Below are positions 1 through 8,710 of a stretch of 64,000 nucleotides of DNA, in pieces (position 1 is the first letter of the stretch; each line of letters starts with the position of its first letter). This DNA comes from an uncultured Sandaracinaceae bacterium. Lineage in GTDB: Bacteria > Myxococcota_A > Polyangia > Polyangiales > JAFGIB01. The stretch is taken from contig CAYVFC010000001.1 in the NCBI GenBank assembly GCA_964450715.1, positions 18,336 through 82,335 on the forward strand. Direction: 5' to 3'. The notes beneath the pieces are model-generated. The model saw only the letters and a list, made by a program, of their open reading frames with translations, did no database searches and was not told the origin of the DNA. The translations under genes were made by a program, and so were the position numbers.

Positions 1-723
1 CTCGATTGGCTGCCGGCAGCAGTGCGGGAGAAGACCCGGCAGCGTTGTCGAGTCTTTCCCATGGGCATCGATCCGGTCCCGCCGCCGGACGGGTCGCGGA
101 AACACTGCCGTGAGCGGCTCGGCCTCGATCGCTTCACCCTGGTATCCCTGGGGCGGCTGGTGCCGGTCAAGGGGACGCGCGATGCGATCCGAGCGCTGGC
201 CGGCCGGGAGGATTTGCAGCTGGTGGTGGTCGGCGACGGCCCGGAGCGGCCGGAGCTGCAGCGGCTCGCCGCTCGGCTGCGCTCCCCGGTTCGCTTCGCC
301 GGCGTGCTCACCGCCGGGCGCAAGAGCGAGCTGCTGCGAGCGGCTGACGCTTTCCTCTCGTCCTCCCGGATCCTGCCCTCGGGGCGGACCGAGGCGATGC
401 CCACCGCGCTGCTGGAAGCGCTGGCCTATGGGCTGCCCGTGGTGGCCACGGACGTGGGCGCCATCGGCAGCTACCTCGAGCAAGAGCAGACCGCCCTGCT
501 GGTCCCGGCCGGCAACCCGGCCTCGCTGCGCGCCGCCATCGACCGTCTGCTGGCCGAGACGGCTCTGCTTCGGCGACTGGGCGCGCGGGGCATCGAGCTG
601 GCGGAGCAGTTCACCTGGCCCAGCCTCGCTCCCCGGCTGGAAGAGCTGCTGCTCGAGTGCACACGCAGGAAGGTCGCCACGCGACCGGACCGGCGAGGGA
701 CGCCGGAGCGGGCGGTCGCGTAG
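1..723 (+). CDS. Glycosyltransferase family 4 (GT-B), C-terminal part; gene probably starts before the window
   Basis: LVSLGRLVPVKG and EAMPTALLEALAYGLPVVATDVG (ExE-type GT4 motif); frame is open from the window edge. Confidence 0.85.
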   Translation, partial: LDWLPAAVREKTRQRCRVFPMGIDPVPPPDGSRKHCRERLGLDRFTLVSLGRLVPVKGTRDAIRALAGREDLQLVVVGDGPERPELQRLAARLRSPVRFAGVLTAGRKSELLRAADAFLSSSRILPSGRTEAMPTALLEALAYGLPVVATDVGAIGSYLEQEQTALLVPAGNPASLRAAIDRLLAETALLRRLGARGIELAEQFTWPSLAPRLEELLLECTRRKVATRPDRRGTPERAVA

Positions 724-730
724 AGCGAGG

Positions 731-1504
731 TTACGGCGAAAGGACCCGGGTACCGGGCGGAGGCAGGTAGCTGAAAAGCGAGGCCGGGACCTCGCGGTTG
801 AAGCGGAGATCTCCGAAGTCGAAGCGATTGCGGTTTCCGAGCGGATCGACGATCAGCACGCGTCGCACCAGGCCGCGCAGCCGCGGGTCGCTCTCCACGT
901 AGAAGAGGATCCGGTCGAAGTGCGGGCTGGGCTCGATCGGGAGTAGCTCCAGTACCTGGCCGGGGCTGAATCCCTCGCGCTTGGAATCGAGCAGGCGGAA
1001 GCGGAAGCTCTCTTGCAGACGTCCCGTCCCGGTGAGAAAGGAGAGCGCCTGCGGCAACTGGGCCTCGTTCATCTTCTGTATCACCATCTGGCCGGGCTCA
1101 CCCGGTTCGCCCGGTTCGTAGACCAGCAAGCGCTCGCCGTCGCTCACGATGACCTTTCCGTTGGGCCGCGCATAGTCCCAGCGCATCTTGCCGGGTTTCA
1201 CGAACACCACCGTTCCCTTGGACCTGTCGGTTCGCTTGTAGAGCTTGTGCACGTAGGTCTGGTAGAAGCTGGCGGACAGGTTTCGGGTCTGGTCGTAAAA
1301 GGATTGCACTGCGCCGGCCACCTCTCGGGCTCGGACGGGTGAGGGAGGGTGAGCAGCGGAGTCCGGGGGAGAGCCGGGCGATTGCGCCGGCAAGGGAGAG
1401 GCGAAAAGCAGAGCGAGCAACAGGGATAGGATGACGGCTTGGCGGCTAACCGTTAGCGGTCGGAGTTGCTCATCGAAAATCTGGATCATGGCTCGCCTGC
1501 CCAT
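731..1504 (-). CDS. lolA: Outer-membrane lipoprotein carrier protein LolA (start may be 1489 or later)
   Basis: Signal peptide, then ASFYQT...SKGTVVFVKPGKMRWDY...VIVSDGERLLVYEP, the typical LolA pattern. Confidence 0.88.
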   Translation of the reverse strand: MGRRAMIQIFDEQLRPLTVSRQAVILSLLLALLFASPLPAQSPGSPPDSAAHPPSPVRAREVAGAVQSFYDQTRNLSASFYQTYVHKLYKRTDRSKGTVVFVKPGKMRWDYARPNGKVIVSDGERLLVYEPGEPGEPGQMVIQKMNEAQLPQALSFLTGTGRLQESFRFRLLDSKREGFSPGQVLELLPIEPSPHFDRILFYVESDPRLRGLVRRVLIVDPLGNRNRFDFGDLRFNREVPASLFSYLPPPGTRVLSP

Positions 1505-1653
1505 TATGAGTTGGACGTCTGGCGGCTCGTATCATTCGATGGAGGGGAAGACAAGCAGGGGGCAAGGGACCGCCGGGGAGAGTGCGGTGAGGGGTACGTC
1601 GACGCGGCGCCCCCGCGTTGTTCGGACCCCGGTGTTTGAGCTACGCGCTACGG

Positions 1654-1760
1654 GACTTTCGGATAAGTCTCGGCGCCCTCGCGGCTGGTATCGGCGTGGT
1701 CGAGTGTCGCCAGCGCCTGCACGAAAAACTCGCCCGTTCGCCGCGACTTATCCGAGAGTC
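1654..1760. repeat. 22-bp imperfect inverted repeat (20/22 match) enclosing about 63 bp
   Basis: gactttcggataagtctcggcg (1654-1675) vs cgccgcgacttatccgagagtc (1739-1760). Confidence 0.75.
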
Positions 1761-1888
1761 GGGTGCGAACAAGGGGAAAGTAAGGTAAAGAAAGCTAAGC
1801 GGCCACGATTCGCTATTATAAGGCCCCGCTTACGGCGCGAAATGCATTCCCGCTGGCGGGCGAAAGCTTGTACTTCTAAGCAAGGAAG

Positions 1889-1909
1889 AACGTGACCTGT
1901 GTTCACGTT
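1889..1909. promoter_or_regulatory. Palindromic candidate regulator site AACGTGA-N7-TCACGTT
   Basis: Perfect 7-bp inverted repeat in the divergent intergenic region. Confidence 0.3.
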
Positions 1910-2058
1910 GGCCGATACTGATGCAACGCTGGTGCCAAAGCGGGGGTATTTGCGGACGCCGTCTACGATGTGCGCGCAAGATATCGAAAAAGCACAGGAA
2001 TTAGGGAGAGCAACGGTTGCGTACACCTTTGCCGGGTACCGCGTTCGAGGCTGTCGTA

Positions 2059-2076
2059 CATGACATTTCTGTCATG
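2059..2076. promoter_or_regulatory. Palindromic candidate regulator site CATGACA-N4-TGTCATG
   Basis: Perfect 7-bp inverted repeat about 150 bp upstream of the 2225 ATG. Confidence 0.3.
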
Positions 2077-2224
2077 CTCCGGGCAGGCCCGATCCTGGAG
2101 CGTCATACCGCACGGTTCGAAACCGACTCGACGACGATCCGGACAAGACATGATCGGGCATTCGCTGAGGTTTTCTAAGCCACCGGCAGTGCAGTATTAT
2201 TTCTCTTTCGATCAGGTAACGGAA

Positions 2225-3709
2225 ATGCAGGTCTGCCCCATCTGCGGATCCCGGTGGGATACCGACGATCCGTTTTGTCCCTCCTGTAGCGTCCCACCGG
2301 AAGAGCAGGAACCGCCGCCGGACGACGACGCTTCGTTGGAGAACGGCAAGCGTGACTCTGCGGAACGCGAGAGCGGACCGGAACGAAGAAACAACGGGCG
2401 CGACTCTACGGAACGCGAGAGCGGGCCGGAGCGTCGGAACGGTAAGCGCGACTCTGCGGAACTCGATAACGGACCGGAGCGTGAAGAAGGAGCCGGGTAT
2501 GGTCGAAAAGCGGAGAACGGGAACTCGGCGGTGAACGATAGCGGCGTACATCCCGTCGTGAACCGGAACTCGGTACCGCCGCCTCGATCCGAGTCGCGGC
2601 CGAGCCAACCGCCTCCCCCGAACGAGCTGGAGGAGGAAGGCGCGACCGCCTACGGTTCCGCGGTCCTGGCGCAAGGGGAGATCGAGGAGGAGGTCGTTAT
2701 TCCGGACGAGGCGCCGGTCGAGCCAGAGGAGCGGACGCCGTCGGATCCCGCACCCGATCCAAGCGAAGGCGAGTCGGTCACTGCGACATCTGCGTCGCAG
2801 TCCGCGCGTCCTCCCGCGGGTTCGGAGTCGGAAGAGGCGGCGCGCGAGAGAAGCCGCGATAGCCAGCCGCCCAAGAAGCCCGCGAAGGAGGGGCCTCCGC
2901 CACGGCCTCCCGTACTCGCGTCCGAGGCGCTGCGCAAGGAGGTCGCGCCGCAGGAGCCCGGTCGAATGACCATGAGGGCGCTGCTGCTATTCGCCGGGCT
3001 GACCGGTTCGGTGAGCTCTCTGCTGCTCATGCGTTTCACGGGTATGGGGGTGCCGCTGGCCGGGGCCTTCATCGGTCTGACCCTGCTCGGCCTGCCGCCC
3101 ATACCGTATGCGGCCCGAGCGGTGGCGGCGGTGACCATCGCCGGGTGCGCGCTCGGGGTGGTTACCTGGATGAACCTGGCGCAGACAGGTTCCAGCGCGG
3201 TCGTGGCGGAGAGCATCGGTTTGACCCTGCTGGCCGCGGCGCTTTTCTTTCGGGCTTGGCATCGCGGCTCGACGCTAGCGCGCTTCCTGGTTCTGGTGGG
3301 CCTGGTGGTGAGCGCTAGCTGGCTGGGCACCTCGGGCGCGCTAGCCGAGATGACCACGCTCGATCCCTGGTGGCAATCCTGGTTGCCCATAGTGCTGCGG
3401 GCGCCGCTCGGATTGTTAATGATGCTCTCGCTGTTGGCGTTCATGGACGAGAGGAGCACGGGCGGCTGTGAGATATGGGCGACCGGCGTGGTGTTGTGGG
3501 CGGGAACCAATAGCGGCGTGCAGCTGCTGGTTCGCTTCTGGCCGCCCGCCTTGGACGCTCCCGATTGGTCGCTGGTCGGCGGCGGTGAGTCGGTGCCCAT
3601 TATCGCCGGCCCCCTGCTGATGACCCTGGTGGCGTTCGGCACGGCGCAGCTTTTGGCCGTGACCGCCGCTGCCGAGCAGACGCCCCGTAAGGAAGACGAC
3701 GAGCCGTAG
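2225..3709 (+). CDS. Hypothetical membrane protein: N-terminal zinc ribbon, long acidic/Pro-rich disordered region, multi-TM C-terminus
   Basis: ATG 2225 gives MQVCPICG...FCPSC (2x CxxC); hydrophobic helices in the C-terminal part; the ORF-track start at 1970 is likely over-extended. Confidence 0.75.
   Translation: MQVCPICGSRWDTDDPFCPSCSVPPEEQEPPPDDDASLENGKRDSAERESGPERRNNGRDSTERESGPERRNGKRDSAELDNGPEREEGAGYGRKAENGNSAVNDSGVHPVVNRNSVPPPRSESRPSQPPPPNELEEEGATAYGSAVLAQGEIEEEVVIPDEAPVEPEERTPSDPAPDPSEGESVTATSASQSARPPAGSESEEAARERSRDSQPPKKPAKEGPPPRPPVLASEALRKEVAPQEPGRMTMRALLLFAGLTGSVSSLLLMRFTGMGVPLAGAFIGLTLLGLPPIPYAARAVAAVTIAGCALGVVTWMNLAQTGSSAVVAESIGLTLLAAALFFRAWHRGSTLARFLVLVGLVVSASWLGTSGALAEMTTLDPWWQSWLPIVLRAPLGLLMMLSLLAFMDERSTGGCEIWATGVVLWAGTNSGVQLLVRFWPPALDAPDWSLVGGGESVPIIAGPLLMTLVAFGTAQLLAVTAAAEQTPRKEDDEP
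2351..2482 (+). repeat. Intragenic 48-nt tandem repeat (about 2.75 copies)
   Basis: Units start at 2351, 2399, 2447, encoding RDSAERESGPERRNNG / RDSTERESGPERRNGK / RDSAELDNGPER. Confidence 0.85.
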
Positions 3710-3718
3710 AACGGATAC

Positions 3719-3784
3719 TGTCATTTCGACCGAAGGGAGAAATCTCTTTGTTTATTGAGCTCTCTCACTTCGTTCGAGATGGCA
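3719..3784. repeat. REP-like palindrome (GTCATTTCGA...GAGAAATCTC family)
   Basis: tgtcatttcgaccgaagggagaaatctc...cttcgttcgagatggca between convergent genes; related copy at 35107-35195. Confidence 0.65.
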
Positions 3785-3790
3785 TCTCAC

Positions 3791-4867
3791 TCACTTGCCC
3801 ACGTATCGCGGCCAGGCCGCCAGCAGCACCACGGCGCAGCGATAGCCTTTTGGATCGCTGGCCAGGCCGATTCCGGCGTCGGTGAAGCGGGCGTCGAGCA
3901 TGGTCATGCGGTGAGAGGGGCTATCGCGCATGGCATCGAAGGCCGAGACCGCGCTTTTGGACCTGGCAACGGTCTCTCCGACCGTGCGCGCGCGAACGCC
4001 GGCTTGCGCCAGCCTGCTCTCTGGATCGAGGCCGGGCTCGATCTCGTGTACGGCCCGGCCCGATTCGCATACCGCCTCCGCATGCCGTGCCGCCAACCGA
4101 GCCAGCAGGCTGTTCTCCCGCACGGCCAGGGCGCCGCTCTGTTTACGCAGGCGATTGAGCCGGAAGGTGAGGGCGGTCGTATTGGGGTCGTCTCCGGCAG
4201 CCTCCGGCTCGGGCTCCCCGGCGCCGTTTGCGCCCACGTCATCGCCGACGATACGTTCGGCGACCGGCCTCGGGCCGGAGCGGCCGCTGGCCACTAGCTG
4301 GATGCGCAGAGGAGGTCGCAGGTCGCTTTGCAGAGCGATGCCGCGGCGGAGCTGAGCCTTGTCCGTGCGATAGCGAATGATCCGACCGTCGCCGTCCGAT
4401 AAGACCAGCAGTGGATCGTCGAAGCCACGCTCGAGCCGGCCGCGTATCTCCAGCGGATCCTCGTTCGCGAGCGCCAGCGAGCCGCCGCGCGCGGCAGCGA
4501 TGAGCAGGCGGCCAGCCGGCGAACGGGCCTCGCCGCATACGAGCGGAGCGTCCGCGCGCTTGCGAAACGCCTCGAGCCACTCGCGCAGCTTCTCGTCGCT
4601 CTTGTCCCCGGAAAGCCAGAGCGCCCGTACCGATACCGCGTCCGAGCCCGAGGCGCGAACGGCGCGCGTCAGCAGTTCGGAAGCGGGTGGCTCGCCTCTA
4701 TCCACCAGGCTCGAAGCCGCGTTGGCGAGCGCATCATCCCTCTCGCACGCGCGCTCGCTGTCAGGGGAAGGGGCGGATCGAAGCGTATTGCCCGGGTCGG
4801 CTTGCGCGGAGCTGACCGCGATCGAGAGCGCGGCCAGCAGCGATAGATGAGAACGGGTGGGTTTCAC
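3791..4867 (-). CDS. Secreted protein with C-terminal CAP (SCP/PR-1) domain
   Basis: GTG 4867 with GGAGG upstream and a signal peptide; C-terminal GETVA...MRDSPSHRMTMLDARFTDAGIG. Confidence 0.8.
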   Translation of the reverse strand: MKPTRSHLSLLAALSIAVSSAQADPGNTLRSAPSPDSERACERDDALANAASSLVDRGEPPASELLTRAVRASGSDAVSVRALWLSGDKSDEKLREWLEAFRKRADAPLVCGEARSPAGRLLIAAARGGSLALANEDPLEIRGRLERGFDDPLLVLSDGDGRIIRYRTDKAQLRRGIALQSDLRPPLRIQLVASGRSGPRPVAERIVGDDVGANGAGEPEPEAAGDDPNTTALTFRLNRLRKQSGALAVRENSLLARLAARHAEAVCESGRAVHEIEPGLDPESRLAQAGVRARTVGETVARSKSAVSAFDAMRDSPSHRMTMLDARFTDAGIGLASDPKGYRCAVVLLAAWPRYVGK

Positions 4868-5049
4868 CCCTCCAGCGTATCCGCGACACGGATCGGTGGG
4901 CCAGTTTTCGTCCCGGTGGAGCGGAGCGGGTAAGTGCGGCTGGAAATGCTTGAAAACAGGGCGGTTTCGGACATTCGTCCGCAAGCAGTTGGCGTGGAAA
5001 AATACAGCAAATTGTGGATATTTTAGCGACGATGGTGTTGGTTTGCCCC

Positions 5050-5103
5050 TTGACATACGTGAGCGTATGTGAAATATTTATTCACATACGGATGGGTATG
5101 CAG
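5050..5103 (+). promoter_or_regulatory. Sigma70-type promoter (TTGACA 5050-5055) overlapped by two tandem TetR-type operators
   Basis: ACATACG-tgag-CGTATGT (5053-5070) and CATAC-ggatgg-GTATG (5085-5100); AT-rich tract 5071-5082. Confidence 0.7.
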
Positions 5104-5138
5104 GGTTGCGGGCCCAGCTAGAAGGAGCGGAGGAGAAC

Positions 5139-7064
5139 ATGGGAATACAGACCATCGGCGTGAGTGAACCGGAACAGTGGGGTAAGCACACGAACGGCAA
5201 TGGCTGCGACGCCACGGGCAAGGCGGGTGCTCCCACGCCGACCCGTACCGTGCGCAAGGCGGACGGCACGGCACGGGTCCTGATCAGCAACGCTTATGGC
5301 CCTTATCCCCTCAAGTGGGGCAAGTCGGTCCACGATTTGCTCGGCGCCAGGCTGGCGCGCGAGAACAACATGGACGGCCGCACCCGCATGTTCTCCTATC
5401 CGCTCTACATCATCGCCGAGAATATCCGGAATCCCACCACGGTGATGGAGTGTCCCACCTGGGACGACTTCATCGCCGAGGTTCGTAAGGGCTATGATGT
5501 GATCGCCATCCAGCTTCTCAGCATGCACATGAAGCGGGTCTCCCGGATGATGAAAGCCATCCGCGAGCTGAGCCCGCAGACCGAGATCGTGATCGGCGGC
5601 TATGGCGTGGGCATGATCCATCAGCCGCTGCCCGGCGATAAAGAGGGGCACGCGGACTACATCCGGGAAAATGCGGACCACATCTGCCGCGGCGAGGGCG
5701 TCAGCTACATGCGGGCGCTGCTGGGCGACGATCTGAACCGGCCCATCACCCAGTACACGCTGCCGCCCACCGAGGTGCAGCTCAGCCGTTTCGAGGGGAT
5801 CAAGCTGCACCTTCCGGTCATCCTGGTCTCGCTGGGATGCCCGGCCGCCTGCGAGTTCTGCAACACCTCCGCCTTCTTCAACCACAAGAAGGTCAAGGTC
5901 TTCACCCCGCAGCAGGTCTACGACACCATGAAGGCGCACCAGCGCCGGATGAACCGGGACTGGGTCACCTTCATCCTCTTCGATGAGGACATCTTCATGG
6001 ACCAGGAGTTCGTGCGCGAGCTGGGACGGCTCATCCGCTCGGACAAGAAGACCTGGGGCTTCCGCTGGATCAGCTTCGGTTCCATGAGCACCATCAGCAA
6101 GTTCACGCCACGCGAGCTTAGGGAGTGCGGGGTGGAGGCCATCTGGGTCGGCGTGGAGTCGGGCATCACCGGCGAGGACAACAAATCGAGCACCGGCTAT
6201 CTGAAGCGCGAGGGGAATGCCACCCCGCAGGACTTCTTTCCCCAGCTCACCAGCTACGGCATCCAGATCATCGGCTCCATGATCCTGGGCTTCGACTTCC
6301 ACACCACGGAGAACATCGAGAGGGACATCGATTATTTCGTAAGCCTCAAGCCCACCCTCTACCAGATTGGACCCATCCGCCCCTGTCCGGGCACCAAGCT
6401 CTACAACCAGATGCTGCGGGATGAGCGCATCAACGACGTGTTCGACTGGGAGGACATCCACCTGTGGGAGATCGGCTCCTACAAGCTCAAGAACCTGACC
6501 GACGAGCAGATCGTCCACTACTTCAACCTGGCCCACGAGAAGCTGCGCACCACCAACGGAACGCCGCTGCTGCAGATCTTCGAGTGCAACCTGGAGGCCT
6601 ACTTGACCATGAAGGACTCGGACAGCGAGTTCCTACGCTTCCAGGCCGAGCAGGCCATGCTCAGGACACGGCGGCTGCGCGTCGTGGTGCGGGCGCTGGA
6701 GATGGAGGCGCCCTCGCCCGCGGTCAAGGAGCGGATCCGGTATCTGCTGGACAGGTCCAAGGCGGCGCTGCCGCGCGATCTGCTCACCCCGGTGCGCGCG
6801 ACCATCGGCCAGGTGGCGTCGCACTTCATCAACCCGCTCCAGATCATCTGCACCAATCAGCCCGAGCTGGAGCTACGGCAGCAGACCGAGTTCTCGCCCA
6901 CCAGGCGCTGGAGCTACTACAACGAATCGAAGCTTCCGGCGCCGCTGGTGGTGGACGGGGAGAACGACGCGTTGCACCGGCTCAAGGGGCAGGCCAACCG
7001 CCTGCGCGACCTGGCGGTGGGCTCGGCCGCCACCCTTTCGGTCACCGGTCTGTTCTTGCGCTAG
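5139..7064 (+). CDS. B12-binding-domain radical SAM protein (class B-like)
   Basis: N-terminal cobalamin-binding-like region (YDVIAIQ...EIVIGGYG), CPAACEFC, FDEDIF, VGVES, GSMILGFD, RPCPGT; ATG 5139 after AGGAG. Confidence 0.88.
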   Translation: MGIQTIGVSEPEQWGKHTNGNGCDATGKAGAPTPTRTVRKADGTARVLISNAYGPYPLKWGKSVHDLLGARLARENNMDGRTRMFSYPLYIIAENIRNPTTVMECPTWDDFIAEVRKGYDVIAIQLLSMHMKRVSRMMKAIRELSPQTEIVIGGYGVGMIHQPLPGDKEGHADYIRENADHICRGEGVSYMRALLGDDLNRPITQYTLPPTEVQLSRFEGIKLHLPVILVSLGCPAACEFCNTSAFFNHKKVKVFTPQQVYDTMKAHQRRMNRDWVTFILFDEDIFMDQEFVRELGRLIRSDKKTWGFRWISFGSMSTISKFTPRELRECGVEAIWVGVESGITGEDNKSSTGYLKREGNATPQDFFPQLTSYGIQIIGSMILGFDFHTTENIERDIDYFVSLKPTLYQIGPIRPCPGTKLYNQMLRDERINDVFDWEDIHLWEIGSYKLKNLTDEQIVHYFNLAHEKLRTTNGTPLLQIFECNLEAYLTMKDSDSEFLRFQAEQAMLRTRRLRVVVRALEMEAPSPAVKERIRYLLDRSKAALPRDLLTPVRATIGQVASHFINPLQIICTNQPELELRQQTEFSPTRRWSYYNESKLPAPLVVDGENDALHRLKGQANRLRDLAVGSAATLSVTGLFLR

Positions 7065-7099
7065 CGTAACGGGTATATTCGGCGCGGAGACCGATTCCC

Positions 7100-7708
7100 A
7101 TGACCGAGGCCAGGAGCAAGACGCGGGAGGAAGCCAAGCGGGAGACGCGCGAGGCGCTGATCAAGGCGGGAATCGAGGCCTTTGCCGCGGAAGGCGTCGA
7201 CCTGCCCAGCCTGGACGCGATCTGCGCCCGCGCGGGGTTCACCCGCGGCGCGTTCTACGTCCACTTCAAGGACCGGGACGACTTCCTGCTCTCGGTGATG
7301 GACAGGGTGCTTTCCGAGTTCATCAACAGCGTCATCGCCACCGGAGAGTACGGCGAGGATCTTCGTAAGACCGTGGACCTCTTCATCAGCGCGGCCGAGA
7401 GCGGCCTTCTGCCCATGGTCTTCGGGGAGATAAATTTCCGCGTACTGCTGGAGGCCGGAAGCCGCAATCCCGCCATCCGCGAACGCTTCGCCGCGTTGTT
7501 GCAGGACGCCATGAAGCGGATGACCGCCTCGACCCGGGATGCGCAGGCGGCGGGAACGGTGCGCGACGATCTGAAGGCCGGAGATATCGGCATGCTGCTG
7601 GTGGCCGCGGCGGTGGGACTGGTGGTGTTGACCGAGGCCGAGGTGAAGCTCGATATCCACGACATGCGCGATACGGTGTATCGGCTCTTTCTCAAGAATC
7701 CCAAGTAA
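7100..7708 (+). CDS. TetR/AcrR family transcriptional regulator
   Basis: REALIKAGIEAFAAEG...SLDAICARAGFTRGAFYVHFKDRDD HTH. Confidence 0.92.
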   Translation: MTEARSKTREEAKRETREALIKAGIEAFAAEGVDLPSLDAICARAGFTRGAFYVHFKDRDDFLLSVMDRVLSEFINSVIATGEYGEDLRKTVDLFISAAESGLLPMVFGEINFRVLLEAGSRNPAIRERFAALLQDAMKRMTASTRDAQAAGTVRDDLKAGDIGMLLVAAAVGLVVLTEAEVKLDIHDMRDTVYRLFLKNPK

Positions 7709-7804
7709 CCCAGCGATTTCGCGAACCTAACGGGCGGAGACGCTCCCGGATTGCCGGCACCGGACGATGGATGGCTGGCGACGGGCTTCAGGAGGCAACC
7801 CATC

Positions 7805-8710
7805 ATGTACGATGCGTACGACTTCACATCCCACCTCGCGATGGTCGATGGCCACCGCATGCACTACGTGGACGAGGGCAAGGGCGAGACGGTGTTGTTC
7901 CTGCACGGAAACCCGACCTGGTCCTATCTCTACCGGCACCAGATCCGGGGGCTTCGCGACAGCTATCGCTGCGTGGCGCCCGACCACCTGGGTTTCGGTT
8001 TCTCCGAGAAGCCGCGTCACGCTGACTTGAGCATGCGGGCGCACATCATGCGGCTGGACCTGTTCGTGACCAAGCTGGGCCTGAAGGACATTACACTGGT
8101 GGTTCAGGACTGGGGCGGTATCATCGGGCTGTCATGGGCGGCACGCCACAAGGAACTGATCAAGCGCTTGGTGATCCTCAACACCACGGGATTTCTCCCC
8201 GACTCGGCCAGAGAGATATGGAAGAACGCGCGGCCCCTGCCCTGGGGAATGGCGCTGCTCTGGCCGCTGAAGATCCCGGTGCTGGGAGAGGTCTTCGTGC
8301 AGGGTCTCAACGGCTTCGCCGGCTTTCTGCTGCCCTTTGCCACCCATCACAAGGAGCGGCTCGACAAGGAGCGGATGGCCGGGTACCTGGAGCCGTACCC
8401 GACCTGGCACTCGCGCCGCGCCCATCTGGCCAGCGTGCGGCAGATTCCGATGTTTCCGAGCCACCCCACCTGGCAGTTGCTGCGGGAGACGGGCGAGGAG
8501 CTGACCGGATGGAAAGTTCCCACCCAGCTCATCTGGGGCATGAAGGACCCCGTGTTCGTTCCCTGGTTCCTGGAGGAGTTCGAGCGGCGGCTTCCCAACC
8601 ACGCGCCGTCGTTGCGCATCCCGGACGCCAGCCATTTCCTGCAGGACGACACCCCCGACGTCATCACCGACAAGATCCGGGAGTTTCTGCAGAACACACC
8701 CGTCTGCTGA
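7805..8710 (+). CDS. Haloalkane dehalogenase/OleB-like alpha/beta hydrolase
   Basis: LHGNPTWSYLYR, Asp nucleophile in VQDWGG, WGMKDP, catalytic His in ASHFLQDD. Confidence 0.85.
   Translation: MYDAYDFTSHLAMVDGHRMHYVDEGKGETVLFLHGNPTWSYLYRHQIRGLRDSYRCVAPDHLGFGFSEKPRHADLSMRAHIMRLDLFVTKLGLKDITLVVQDWGGIIGLSWAARHKELIKRLVILNTTGFLPDSAREIWKNARPLPWGMALLWPLKIPVLGEVFVQGLNGFAGFLLPFATHHKERLDKERMAGYLEPYPTWHSRRAHLASVRQIPMFPSHPTWQLLRETGEELTGWKVPTQLIWGMKDPVFVPWFLEEFERRLPNHAPSLRIPDASHFLQDDTPDVITDKIREFLQNTPVC

Noticed and set aside
1748-2151. Small minus-strand ORFs (92 aa and 62 aa) in the lolA intergenic region
   Set aside because: No recognisable motif, RBS or host-like codon bias
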